From positions 64,001 to 128,000 of the forward strand of contig CAWBOC010000002.1 in the NCBI GenBank assembly GCA_963790305.1: a DNA stretch of 64,000 bases, read 5' to 3'. The notes below the pieces were generated by a model that made no database searches, was not told the DNA's origin, and was given only the letters and a program-made list of their open reading frames with translations. The DNA comes from an uncultured Gemmatimonadaceae bacterium (GTDB lineage Bacteria > Gemmatimonadota > Gemmatimonadetes > Gemmatimonadales > Gemmatimonadaceae). Below, in pieces: positions 1-9,048 of this stretch. Positions within the stretch are counted from its first letter, which is position 1, and each line of letters opens with the position of its first letter. Both the position numbers and the translations under genes were made by a program.

Positions 1-577
1 TGGCGCCGAGCTCGAGGCGCTCCTCGAGGGACGGCAGCCCAATACGCCCAAGCCCTCGCGCATCCACCGGAGCTCGCGCGTCCCGCTATGGCAGCTCGCG
101 ACCGCGGGCACGCTCGTCGTCGCGCTCGGCGCCGCCGCGCTCTTCTCGAGCCGCGGAAGTCTGCCGACCAAGACGGGACTCGCCGCGCAGCCGCCGGAGG
201 CATACTCGCGCTGCCCGCGCGCTACGCAGGTCGCGACGGTGCCGTATCGCGTGATGGTCGATCCGGTCGGCGTGCGGAAGCGCGGTGCCGACATCAAGGT
301 CGCGTACGACGTCTGCGGACTGAAGAAGGGGACGACCTACGAGGGCGTCATCGTCGCCAAGAAGCAGCAGAGCAAGGTCGGCCGCTTCCTCCGCGGCACC
401 GAGCCGGTCGAGATCCGCTTCACCGAAGAGGCGCTCTCCGCCCGCTCACGCCAGGAGCGCACGATCGCCACCCGCAAGCTGCCGTCCGGCACCTACTCGC
501 TGACGGTGAGCATCACCGATGGGAAGGATCGGGTGCGGAACGTGGCCACGACGTTCGAGATAGCGAAAGACAAATGA
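1..577 (+). CDS. 3' part of a membrane-anchored protein (TM helix plus C-terminal beta-rich domain); 5' end outside window
   Basis: Frame of ORF 239..577 stays open back to position 2 (GAELEALLEG...LWQLATAGTLVVALGAAALF...); stop TGA 575-577. Confidence 0.65.
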   Translation, partial: GAELEALLEGRQPNTPKPSRIHRSSRVPLWQLATAGTLVVALGAAALFSSRGSLPTKTGLAAQPPEAYSRCPRATQVATVPYRVMVDPVGVRKRGADIKVAYDVCGLKKGTTYEGVIVAKKQQSKVGRFLRGTEPVEIRFTEEALSARSRQERTIATRKLPSGTYSLTVSITDGKDRVRNVATTFEIAKDK

Positions 578-675
578 GGCGCTAGAGGCGCTAAAGGGCG
601 CTAGAGGCGCTGAACTTGCGCACGCCTGTAGCGCCCTAGCGCCTTTAGCGCCCCTAGCGCCTCTAGCGCCTCTAG
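576..675. repeat. Inverted tandem-repeat hairpin: (GAGGCGCTA)x~4, 17-nt loop, (TAGCGCCTC)x~5
   Basis: Read directly; fills the gap between two convergent genes and overlaps both stop codons. Confidence 0.9.
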
Positions 676-1895
676 GCCTCGTCCCTCGTTCGTCCCATGG
701 CTATCCCGTCCGCCCCAAACCTTTCCCGAAGCTTGTCCACCGCCCGCACCAGCGCCCGGTCGCGGGCGGTTTCTTCTTCTCCAGAAGTCGCCGCCTCGAA
801 CAGCGCCAGCTGATCGGCGTCCGGATCGGCGGCGAGCGACGACAGCGCGACACCGAGGAGCCGTGCCGGAACGCGGCGGCCAGACCGCAGCTTCGCGAGC
901 AATCCCTTGGCGACGCCGTGAATCACGCGGTCGGCGATTACGCCGCGCGGAAGGGTACGGCTCGCCGAGCGTGTGCGAAAATCGAAGTCGCGAAGGCGAA
1001 CGGTGATCGTGCGCGCGGTCATGCCATCGGCGCGCAGGTCCGAGGCAGCGCGCGTCACGAGCGCGAGCAGCTCGTGACCCAGCGCGTCGTCGCTCCGAAT
1101 GTCCTCGGAGAACGTCTCATCGCGGGAGATGCTCTTCGCCTCGCCCCGCGATTCCACCTCCGAGCGATCAATGCCACGCACGCGCTCGTACAGCCACTCC
1201 CCCTCGCGATCGCCTAGCCAGCGGGAGAGCGTCACGGCGTCGTACGGGAGCACATCGCGCACGCTCTTCATCCCGAGCTTCGCCAGCCGCTCCTGGAACT
1301 TCGGACCCACCAGCGGCAGCTCGGCCAGCGCGAAGGTGGCGAGGAATTCGCCTTCGTGGCCGGGATCGACGACGTGTACCCCGGTGGCGCCCGTTCCCGG
1401 TTTCGGCTTGGCGCGCTCCACCGCGAGCTTGGCCACCAGCTTCGACGTTCCGCCGCCGATCGAGACCGAGAGCCCGATCGCTTCCATCACCGCATCGCGA
1501 ATGCGGCGAGCCGTCGTCTCGAGCGACTCGTTATGGTAGAGCGCCTCGGTGCCAGCGAGATCCATGTACCACTCATCGATGCTGGCGGACTCGACGACCG
1601 GAGCAAACCGATCGAGGACCGCGCGAATCTCACGGTGTTTTCGGGAGCACGCCTTGCCTGGCACAGGGACGCACATCGCCTGCGGACACAACCGAAGCGC
1701 TCGAGAAATTGGCATCGCGCTCCGAACCCCGAACTTTCGCGTCTCGTACGACGCGCTGCACACGACCCCTCGGCTCTCGCGAGTGCCCCCGACGATCAGC
1801 AGCTCGGCCTTGCCCGCTCCCTCGGGATCGACCATGCGCGCGACAGCGACGTAGAAGGCGTCGGCGTCGGCGAGGAGGATGCGCGGATGGGCCAT
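672..1895 (-). CDS. dinB: DNA polymerase IV (Y family)
   Basis: ILLADADAFYVAV, RGVVCSASYETRKFGVRSAMP, SIDEWYMDL, SKLVAKLA and little-finger KSISRDETF motifs. Confidence 0.95.
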   Translation of the reverse strand: MAHPRILLADADAFYVAVARMVDPEGAGKAELLIVGGTRESRGVVCSASYETRKFGVRSAMPISRALRLCPQAMCVPVPGKACSRKHREIRAVLDRFAPVVESASIDEWYMDLAGTEALYHNESLETTARRIRDAVMEAIGLSVSIGGGTSKLVAKLAVERAKPKPGTGATGVHVVDPGHEGEFLATFALAELPLVGPKFQERLAKLGMKSVRDVLPYDAVTLSRWLGDREGEWLYERVRGIDRSEVESRGEAKSISRDETFSEDIRSDDALGHELLALVTRAASDLRADGMTARTITVRLRDFDFRTRSASRTLPRGVIADRVIHGVAKGLLAKLRSGRRVPARLLGVALSSLAADPDADQLALFEAATSGEEETARDRALVRAVDKLRERFGADGIAMGRTRDEA

Positions 1896-2002
1896 AGGTG
1901 GTCGAGGTGGTCGAGGTCGTCGAGGTTATCAAGGTAGCCATCGGTCGCGGAGATCTTGAAGGCCTCGATCACCTGGACCACCTTGACGACCTCGACAACC
2001 TC
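1896..2002. repeat. Inverted tandem-repeat hairpin: (AGGTGGTCG)x~4.5, loop, (ACCTCGACC-like)x~4.5
   Basis: Read directly; starts at the base next to the dinB start codon and ends 9 nt before the M48 GTG. Confidence 0.9.
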
Positions 2003-2011
2003 CTTCTGCCC

Positions 2012-4039
2012 GTGGCCTTAACTCAAGAGCAGTTCGATACGCTCGTCGCCCGCCTGACCCGCGAGGCGGCGGCACAGCCGCTGTGGTACAAGATCCGGGT
2101 GTTCGTGTTCGCGATGCTCGGGTATGCGTACATCTTCGGCGTCCTCGCCCTCATCCTCGCGATTGTCGGCGGAGTCGCCGTTCTGGCTGCGCGCGGGCAT
2201 GCAGTCATTCTCCTAAAGAACATTGCCCTTCCGTTAGTGATCTTCGCGTGGGTGGTGGGCAAGGCGCTGTGGGTCAAGCTGAATCCGCCGACGGGCAGGC
2301 GGTTGGCGCGCGAGGAGGCGCCACGTCTGTTCGCCGCGATCGACGACATCTGCGCCAAGATCGATGCGCCTCGCGCCGATGTCGTTCTCCTCACCGATGA
2401 CTACAACGCCGCCGTCTCTCAGATTCCGCGCCTTGGGGTCTTCGGCCTGCATCGGAATTACCTGATCGTAGGACTGCCGCTCATGCAGGCGTTGCCGCCC
2501 AACGAATGGCGCGGCGTACTCGCTCACGAGTTCTCGCACCTCTCCCGTGCCCACGCGCGGTTCTCGAATTGGATCTACCGCGTGCGCAGGACGTGGTTTC
2601 AGCTCATGGATACGCTGGAGAACGAGCGGCAGAGCGGGGGCACCTGGATCTTCAAATGGTTCTTTCACTGGTATGCGCCGTACTTCGGTGCGTACTCCTT
2701 CGTGCTGGCGCGTCGTGATGAGTTCGAGGCCGACGCATTGGCCGCGCGCGTCGTAGGGCCGGACGCGATGGCTCGTGGCTTTCTGATGTCCAGCATTCGC
2801 GCGCGGCTTCTGTCGGAGGCGTTTTGGCCGCAGGTGCATCGCCAGATCATTACGCAGCCGACACCGCCCGAAGACCTGCACTCGCGCATGTCGAACATCC
2901 TTCGTGCGCCAGTCGAGCCGACGTCGGCGCGGCAGTGGGGGCTCGATGCTCTCGCGCTCGAGACGGGAAGCGCCGATACCCACCCATCGCCGCGGGACCG
3001 GATTGCGGCTCTCGGCGTCGACATCGAAGGGGAATTGCAGACCGGAGACGCTGCAGCCGCGCCTATCGACGAGACAGCTGCCGAGCATTTCCTCGGGCCA
3101 TTGGCAACGGAGGCGACCGAGTCGTTCGACGACGAATGGCAGAAGAACGCACTCGAGTCGTGGCAGCAACGGCACGAGGAAGAGGTGCGCGAGGAAGCGC
3201 GACTCAACGAGCTGGAGGAACGCCACGATGCGCTCGATGACGCGGAGCTCTGGGACCTGGCGCGGCTGATCGACGCGCGCCGCGGCGCCGACGCGGCAGA
3301 GCCTTACCTGCGGAAGGTGCTGACACGCGTTCCGCGGCACGCGGCGGCATCGTACGCGCTCGGCTACAACCTGCTCGCAGCCGATAACGAAGAGGGAATT
3401 CGGCACATCGAGACGGCGATGGAGGTCGATCCGGATGCGATCCCTCCCGGATCACGCACCATCGCCGCCTTTCTCCGCCGCCGCGGCCGTATCGAAGACG
3501 CCGTGCACTACGAAGGGCGCGCCGAGGAGCAGGAGACGATTCAAATGGCCGCCGCGAAGGAGCGTGAGTCGGTTTCCCGAAAGGACTCGATGATCGCCCA
3601 CGAGGTGGATAATGCGGTGCTGGATGAACTCCGCGCGGCGCTGTCCAGGTTCGATCGCATCAGAGCCGCGTGGCTGGTCCGCAAGGTCGTGACCCACCGC
3701 CCCGAGCATCCTCTCTATGTGCTCGGCATCGATCTGGGACCGGACCGGAAATCGTGGCTCCGCGCCCACGGCATATCGATAGGCGAGAAGGAGCGCGATC
3801 CACTCATCCAGGCGCTCGCGAATACGCTCCCGTTCCCTGGGGAGGCATTCGTCGTTCCCCTGAATGCCGAGAATGCGTGGTTGAAAAAGAAAATGAAGAA
3901 GATCGCCAGTGCGCGGTTCTATGAGCGAAGCGCGGAGGCACGCACTAGAAGACCCGCCGGAGAATCGCTCTTCCCGCGTAGCGCAGGCGATCGCGCCAGG
4001 GGAGTCGACCAAAGTTCGTCCTCACCACCCCGGACGTGA
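2012..4039 (+). CDS. M48 (HtpX/Ste24-like) zinc metallopeptidase with C-terminal TPR-like region
   Basis: Two N-terminal TM helices, HEFSH (HExxH), EFEAD and DTHPS motifs. Start placed at GTG 2012 because the ORF-track N-terminus is translated repeat. Confidence 0.88.
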   Translation: MALTQEQFDTLVARLTREAAAQPLWYKIRVFVFAMLGYAYIFGVLALILAIVGGVAVLAARGHAVILLKNIALPLVIFAWVVGKALWVKLNPPTGRRLAREEAPRLFAAIDDICAKIDAPRADVVLLTDDYNAAVSQIPRLGVFGLHRNYLIVGLPLMQALPPNEWRGVLAHEFSHLSRAHARFSNWIYRVRRTWFQLMDTLENERQSGGTWIFKWFFHWYAPYFGAYSFVLARRDEFEADALAARVVGPDAMARGFLMSSIRARLLSEAFWPQVHRQIITQPTPPEDLHSRMSNILRAPVEPTSARQWGLDALALETGSADTHPSPRDRIAALGVDIEGELQTGDAAAAPIDETAAEHFLGPLATEATESFDDEWQKNALESWQQRHEEEVREEARLNELEERHDALDDAELWDLARLIDARRGADAAEPYLRKVLTRVPRHAAASYALGYNLLAADNEEGIRHIETAMEVDPDAIPPGSRTIAAFLRRRGRIEDAVHYEGRAEEQETIQMAAAKERESVSRKDSMIAHEVDNAVLDELRAALSRFDRIRAAWLVRKVVTHRPEHPLYVLGIDLGPDRKSWLRAHGISIGEKERDPLIQALANTLPFPGEAFVVPLNAENAWLKKKMKKIASARFYERSAEARTRRPAGESLFPRSAGDRARGVDQSSSSPPRT

Positions 4040-5648
4040 AGAAGGTCTTTCGCGAGTAGTCGATCGCACAGTCGATCGTCACCGGGCGGCCTTCGCGCGT
4101 GATCTCGAGGGCGCGCGCAAGCACCGATTGGATCTCGGCGGAGTGACGAAGCTGCAGGCATTCGACGCCCACGCCGCGGCAGATCGCCTCGACGTCGTAG
4201 TCGCCGATGATGCTTGCCGTCTTCCGGTTCAGGGCGGTGTGCTGAAATTGCGCAATCTGCGCCAGCTCGCGGTCGCGCAGCACGACGACGACGACCGCTG
4301 CTCCCTGACTCGCCGCCGTCAGGAGCTCCAGCCCCGTCATGAGGAAGGCGCCGTCGCCCGCGAGCGCCACCACCGGCGCGCCGGGGCGCGCCAGCTTGGC
4401 GCCGATCGCCGCCGGCACCGCGTAGCCCATGCAGGAGTAGTCGATGGGACCGAGGAAGCGCCCGGGTGCATTCAGGCGCAGCATCTCCATGGCGATGAAC
4501 GTCCCATTGCCACTGTCGGTCGTGAAGATCGTCTCCTCGCCAAACGTTCGCTGGAGCGCTTCGAGGAGCGCGAAGGGCGGCACGCGACTGGTGTCGCCAG
4601 CGCCTAACCATTCCGTTCGCACGGCATCGTGACCTCGACGAATGCGCTCCCGGAGCCCGTCGTCGCGCGGGCGCTGGGTGAGTCGCCGCAGCAAGGACTC
4701 GACGAACCGGGCGGCGTCACTCTGAATCGCGAGCGCCGTCTTGTGATTGCGTCCGGGAACGCTGGCATCGATGTCGACGTGAATCAGTGGTCCCGGGGGC
4801 TCGAGCCCATAGCTCGCCGTCGCCACCTCGCCAAACCGGCATCCGATGGCGAGAGTTGCATCGCACTCGCGGGCGATCTCGCGGGCGAACGCCGGCGCGG
4901 CGGCGCCGAAACCGGGCCACAGGAAGAGCGGGTGCGTCTCGGGAACGACGCCCTTTCCTTGATAGGTCGTCGACACGGGCGACTCGAGTCGCTCGATGAG
5001 CTCGACCACTTTCGCGCTCGCGGCGCCCAACCCGAGATACACCAGCGGACGCTTCGCGCTATTGAGAATCGCGGCCGCTTGCGCGGTGTCCGCCTCGACG
5101 GCGGTCGCGGTGGGGACAAACGGCACTTCGTCGCTGACGTCGTGAGACAGCAGATAGAGCTCTGCCGGCACCTCCACGAACACCGGACCTGGCGCGCCCG
5201 CCCGTGCGATCTCGCACGCCTTACGAATCGTCGCGTACAGCTCGCGCGCGGTTCCCGGCCGGAACTGCGCCTTCGTGACCGGTGCGACCATCGCGGCCTG
5301 ATCGACGTCGTGCAGCTGAAACGCCCGCCCGGTGTCCCGACGAATCCCACAGCCGAGGACCAGCATTGGCACCGTGTCCATGAACGCTTCGGCGATGCCG
5401 GACATCGCATGTGTAAGTCCGGCGCCAGGCACCACGTTCACGCAGGCCATCCGCCCGGAGGCGCGCCATGCTCCGTCGGCCATGAACGACGCGCTCTGTT
5501 CGTCGGTGACGAGGATCGTGCGCACGCGCTTCGACTGGGCGAGCGCGTCGTACAATTCAATGTTGTGGGTGCCGGGAATGCCGAAGGCGAGCTCGATACC
5601 CTCATCCTCGAGCGCGCGCGCCACGAGGCGTCCGCCGATCTCAGCCAC
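3945..5648 (-). CDS. Thiamine pyrophosphate-binding enzyme (acetolactate synthase-like family)
   Basis: FGIPGTHN, DEQSASFMADG, GPVFVEVP and MGYAVPAAIGAK...GDGAFLMTG motifs. Confidence 0.9.
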   Translation of the reverse strand: MAEIGGRLVARALEDEGIELAFGIPGTHNIELYDALAQSKRVRTILVTDEQSASFMADGAWRASGRMACVNVVPGAGLTHAMSGIAEAFMDTVPMLVLGCGIRRDTGRAFQLHDVDQAAMVAPVTKAQFRPGTARELYATIRKACEIARAGAPGPVFVEVPAELYLLSHDVSDEVPFVPTATAVEADTAQAAAILNSAKRPLVYLGLGAASAKVVELIERLESPVSTTYQGKGVVPETHPLFLWPGFGAAAPAFAREIARECDATLAIGCRFGEVATASYGLEPPGPLIHVDIDASVPGRNHKTALAIQSDAARFVESLLRRLTQRPRDDGLRERIRRGHDAVRTEWLGAGDTSRVPPFALLEALQRTFGEETIFTTDSGNGTFIAMEMLRLNAPGRFLGPIDYSCMGYAVPAAIGAKLARPGAPVVALAGDGAFLMTGLELLTAASQGAAVVVVVLRDRELAQIAQFQHTALNRKTASIIGDYDVEAICRGVGVECLQLRHSAEIQSVLARALEITREGRPVTIDCAIDYSRKTFFTSGVVRTNFGRLPWRDRLRYAGRAILRRVF

Positions 5649-7158
5649 GCGCGGCCGCCACCATCGAGCCCGCTTCGTCGCGTACCGCTTCGGCCACGCG
5701 GTCGGCGAGAGCCATCACCGTGACGTACGGATTGATCTCGAGCGCATCGGGGAACAGGCTCGAGTCGGCCACGCGGAGCCATGGAATGCCATGGACGCGC
5801 CCCCACGAGTCGGTGACCGAGTCGCGCGTGTCGCGCCCCATTGCGCATCCACCCATGAGGTGCGCCGCCGACACCGAGATCGTGCCGGGCAGGAAATGCC
5901 GCTCCGTCACGAGCTCATCGACGCGATTCGCGTCCTCGCGCTCGATCAGCGGCGGCCGCGCCGACGGCGCGTGCACGCGGAGGGCACCCGCGGCGAAAAA
6001 GATGCGGGCGGACATTTGCGTCGCGCGCACCAGGGACGCAATCGTCCCCCGCGCCAGCTTGTAATGAACCACCGGGCGTCCGTGCCGGTCGACCGCGATC
6101 CGATTGCCATCCGACGCACGGTCCACGGCGAGCACGAGAATCATCTGCAATCGAGGGAACGCGCGCATGAGTCGCGCGTGCGACTCGCCCAACCCAGTGA
6201 GGTTCTTCGCGGTCACGAAGGGGAAGTACATGCAGGTCTCGAGGACGTAGCCCTCCTCCGCCGAGCGGTCGAGGAAATAGCTCTTCGGGTGGCCGACGTC
6301 GTTCGTGATCTGATGGTCGTGTTCCGCCACGAGGATGTGGGCCGGGTGACACGTGAACCCCTGCCCGAGCGCGGGAAGTCGATCGCGGAAGCCCGACCGC
6401 AGCAGGAGCGCGCTCGAACCAATGGACCCGCCGCACAGCACGATCGTGCCCGCTCCGATGCGATATTCGCCCGGTCGCCACTCCGATGGCCGCCCCTTCT
6501 CCCCGGCGCGCTTCTCGCGGACGCGCACGACCACGGCGCGCTCTTCCACACGCAGCACCTCGGCCCGAGTCACGACTTCGACTCCCTGACGTTCCGCCGC
6601 GGGAAGCTGCACGCGATGCGTGCCCTGTTTGGCCAGGTTCGGGCAGCCAAGGTTGCATAACGACGAGCCGACGCAGCCGCGCAGGTTGAGTGGAAACTGC
6701 TCGGCATGAAGACCGATTCGCGCGCACCCCGTGACGAAGAGCCGGTTGTTCTCGTTGAGGTCAGCCTCCTCGAGCAGGTGAACGCCGTTCTCATCCATCA
6801 CGATCTGTGAGCGACGCGCGATGTCGTCGTGGGTGAGACCGGGAACGTCCCAGGCGCGAATCACGCGTTCGGGCGCGACGAGTGACGTGCCAGTGTATAC
6901 GACGGTGGAGCCGCCATACGCGCGGCCGAACGCGAGCGTCATCGTGCCGTCAGCGGTGAGAAACCCGCCACCATCCTCGTACAGCGCGTCGGCCATCTCG
7001 ATCTCGCGCCCGGTGAACTCGTGGTCATCGAGACGCGGGCCCTGCTCGAAGAGGAGGACGCGCAGTCCGTCGCGCGCGAGCGGCGCGAGTGCGCGCGCAA
7101 CGGTTCCTCCTCCGGCCCCGGAGCCGACGATGATGACGTCGGCGTCGACGGAGATCAT
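5641..7158 (-). CDS. GMC family oxidoreductase (flavoprotein subunit)
   Basis: DVIIVGSGAGGG, YGGSTVVY, CVGSSLCNLGCP, AHLMGGC and VADSSLFP..INP motifs; ATG 7158 overlaps the upstream stop. Confidence 0.9.
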   Translation of the reverse strand: MISVDADVIIVGSGAGGGTVARALAPLARDGLRVLLFEQGPRLDDHEFTGREIEMADALYEDGGGFLTADGTMTLAFGRAYGGSTVVYTGTSLVAPERVIRAWDVPGLTHDDIARRSQIVMDENGVHLLEEADLNENNRLFVTGCARIGLHAEQFPLNLRGCVGSSLCNLGCPNLAKQGTHRVQLPAAERQGVEVVTRAEVLRVEERAVVVRVREKRAGEKGRPSEWRPGEYRIGAGTIVLCGGSIGSSALLLRSGFRDRLPALGQGFTCHPAHILVAEHDHQITNDVGHPKSYFLDRSAEEGYVLETCMYFPFVTAKNLTGLGESHARLMRAFPRLQMILVLAVDRASDGNRIAVDRHGRPVVHYKLARGTIASLVRATQMSARIFFAAGALRVHAPSARPPLIEREDANRVDELVTERHFLPGTISVSAAHLMGGCAMGRDTRDSVTDSWGRVHGIPWLRVADSSLFPDALEINPYVTVMALADRVAEAVRDEAGSMVAAARG

Positions 7159-7559
7159 CGGCGCACCGCCCAGCCCCGAGCGCTGGCGCGGTAGCCGAGG
7201 GTGGTCTGCACTTCCGGCCGCGCGTAGTAGCCGAGGAAGATGAGGGTGCGCAGTCCCCAGACGCCGCGGCGCACGAGTGGAATCGGCGAGTACTGCATGG
7301 CGTCGAGGAAACGCGCTCGGCGGGCCGCACCGAGCGCGTGGAAGCGCCGCCCCCAGCGGAAAAGGGGAAGGGTGTCGAGTATTCGGACGAGCAGCGTCAG
7401 CTGCCGCCGCGCCGCGGGCGGTCGCTTGGCCAGCACCTGCGCGATGGATGCGTTGACCTCGCGCCACGCCGCTTCGTCGAGCGTGGCGGCGTCCGGCACC
7501 ATCGTTATGGCGAGAGCACGAAAGGGCGCCTGGAGCGAGCTCGGAAGGGCCGTGTCCAC
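7155..7559 (-). CDS. Small partner subunit, gluconate 2-dehydrogenase subunit 3-like
   Basis: FRALAITMVP...RRFHAL...LRTLIFLGYYARPEV..LGY pattern; coupled to the GMC gene. Confidence 0.65.
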   Translation of the reverse strand: MDTALPSSLQAPFRALAITMVPDAATLDEAAWREVNASIAQVLAKRPPAARRQLTLLVRILDTLPLFRWGRRFHALGAARRARFLDAMQYSPIPLVRRGVWGLRTLIFLGYYARPEVQTTLGYRASARGWAVRR

Positions 7560-7621
7560 GTGCGCCAAGGTAGCCTTGGGCCCGGAGTCACGCGAGACGC
7601 CCTGCTGGCACAACAGCATTA

Positions 7622-7827
7622 CTGGCATCCAGGTTCAAAGGGGGGACGCGGATAACACGGATTTAGCGGATCAGGCGGATCGTTCTTGGAGCCGTGAACT
7701 CTCCTCGCGCAACAACAAAAACAACTGTCTTTGTGGCTGCAGAGGAAAGTTCAATGCGCCCAGGAACAATCCGCCTGATCCGCCAAATCCGTGTTATCCG
7801 CGTCCCAACTTTGAACCTGGATGCCAG
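7622..7827. repeat. ~206-bp near-perfect fold-back (MITE/REP-like) containing 9-bp-period CGGAT repeats
   Basis: CTGGCATCCAGGTTCAAAG..GGGACGCGGATAACACGGATTTAGCGGATCAGGCGGAT at left; reverse complement at 7761-7827; pairing continues to the centre. Confidence 0.9.
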
Positions 7828-7843
7828 CGCTAAACTGTTAGGC

Positions 7844-8878
7844 TCAATGACAAACGCCACCGCCAGAATCGCGAGACGTACCGCCCTCGACCGGAATGAA
7901 AGACCACGCATACCGGTTGTTACCGAGCGCGAGTGCGAGCACGCCGTGCGTGTCGTTGATTCGCGCTTCGCTGTTCGGAAGAATGGTCGAAAACTCGTAA
8001 AACCCCGCGCCCCCGGTTCCGACGGTGAAGTGCCGAATGCCCCGTCGCGTATCGAGGTTCCCCTCGGGATCCTGCGGCGCGAACCGCTCGTAGAGATGGT
8101 CGTGTCCGGAGACGACGACGTCGACGCCTCTGGCGTACAGGATGTCCCAGAACTGCTGCATCTCGTATTGGCTCCCGTGCCGTCCGGAGCTGAAGCGCGG
8201 GTGGTGGAAGTACGCGATCGTGCACCGGGTTCGGTGGCGCGCGAGATCGGCGATGAGCCAGAGGCGTTGCGCGACGTCCCCAACGCAGGTGCGGCCATCC
8301 TCTGGAGAGGTTTTTGGCGGCGGGCAGGCGGACCACTGCGTCATGCTGTTCAACACGATGACGTGCCACCGGCCCAGGTCGTAGCTGTAGTAGCCGCCGG
8401 GCGGCGTACTCACCGGGAAGAAGTAGGCGAAGTAACCAGCGGCTCCCGGCGTCAGATACTCGTGGTTGCCGGGCGCCGGCCGCGTGCGCGCCTTGTGCCG
8501 GCCCCAGGTCGGCTCATAGCACAACAGATAATCCGACAGAGATCCGAACTCGTAGGCGTTGTCACCGACCGCCATGACGGTGCCCGGAATTCGGTCGAGT
8601 ATGCGCGCCGTCGATTCCGCTGGCGTTAGGTGTGGTGGCGTGATCTCGGCGGGATTCTCGGGGTCATAGCAGCGCGCAATGTCTCCCGCGCCGACCAGAA
8701 TTGGCGGTCCTCCTGGGGCGGCCCATGGATTCCGGGGCAGGTCGACGAGCCAACGGGCGAGATCGACGTCGGGGCTCTCTTCTGCGGGCGGTGCTGAAGG
8801 GGAATCGTTGCAGGCCGCGATGGCGAGTGCGCCAATCATCGCGGGAATGACGCCGCGAATTGGACGAAGGGCTCTCAT
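7844..8878 (-). CDS. Calcineurin-like metallophosphoesterase lipoprotein
   Basis: Lipobox AIAAC; GAGDIA, GDNAY, GNHEY, HHP and SGHDH motifs. Confidence 0.88.
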   Translation of the reverse strand: MRALRPIRGVIPAMIGALAIAACNDSPSAPPAEESPDVDLARWLVDLPRNPWAAPGGPPILVGAGDIARCYDPENPAEITPPHLTPAESTARILDRIPGTVMAVGDNAYEFGSLSDYLLCYEPTWGRHKARTRPAPGNHEYLTPGAAGYFAYFFPVSTPPGGYYSYDLGRWHVIVLNSMTQWSACPPPKTSPEDGRTCVGDVAQRLWLIADLARHRTRCTIAYFHHPRFSSGRHGSQYEMQQFWDILYARGVDVVVSGHDHLYERFAPQDPEGNLDTRRGIRHFTVGTGGAGFYEFSTILPNSEARINDTHGVLALALGNNRYAWSFIPVEGGTSRDSGGGVCH

Positions 8879-9048
8879 GCTGACGGTCCTCCTCTGCGTC
8901 AAAATGATCTCTGGCCAGGTCACTCGGCAAAAGGCCGGCCGCCCGGCGACGCAGAACCCGAAACCTCCAATCAAACCCTCCGGTACGTCCTAATGTCCCA
9001 TCCCTCGCGAGCCGAACTGGCCCGCTCAAACCGTCGCTCGGGGGAACA

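Noticed and set aside
1898..2011. ORF-track N-terminal extension of the M48 peptidase (MVEVVEVVEV...LDHLDHLDD)
   Set aside because: It is the translated 9-bp repeat hairpin; the protein-like sequence starts at GTG 2012.
7606..7622. Sigma-54 promoter at TGGCAC
   Set aside because: No TTGC at the required -12 spacing, and it is on the wrong strand for the flanking genes.
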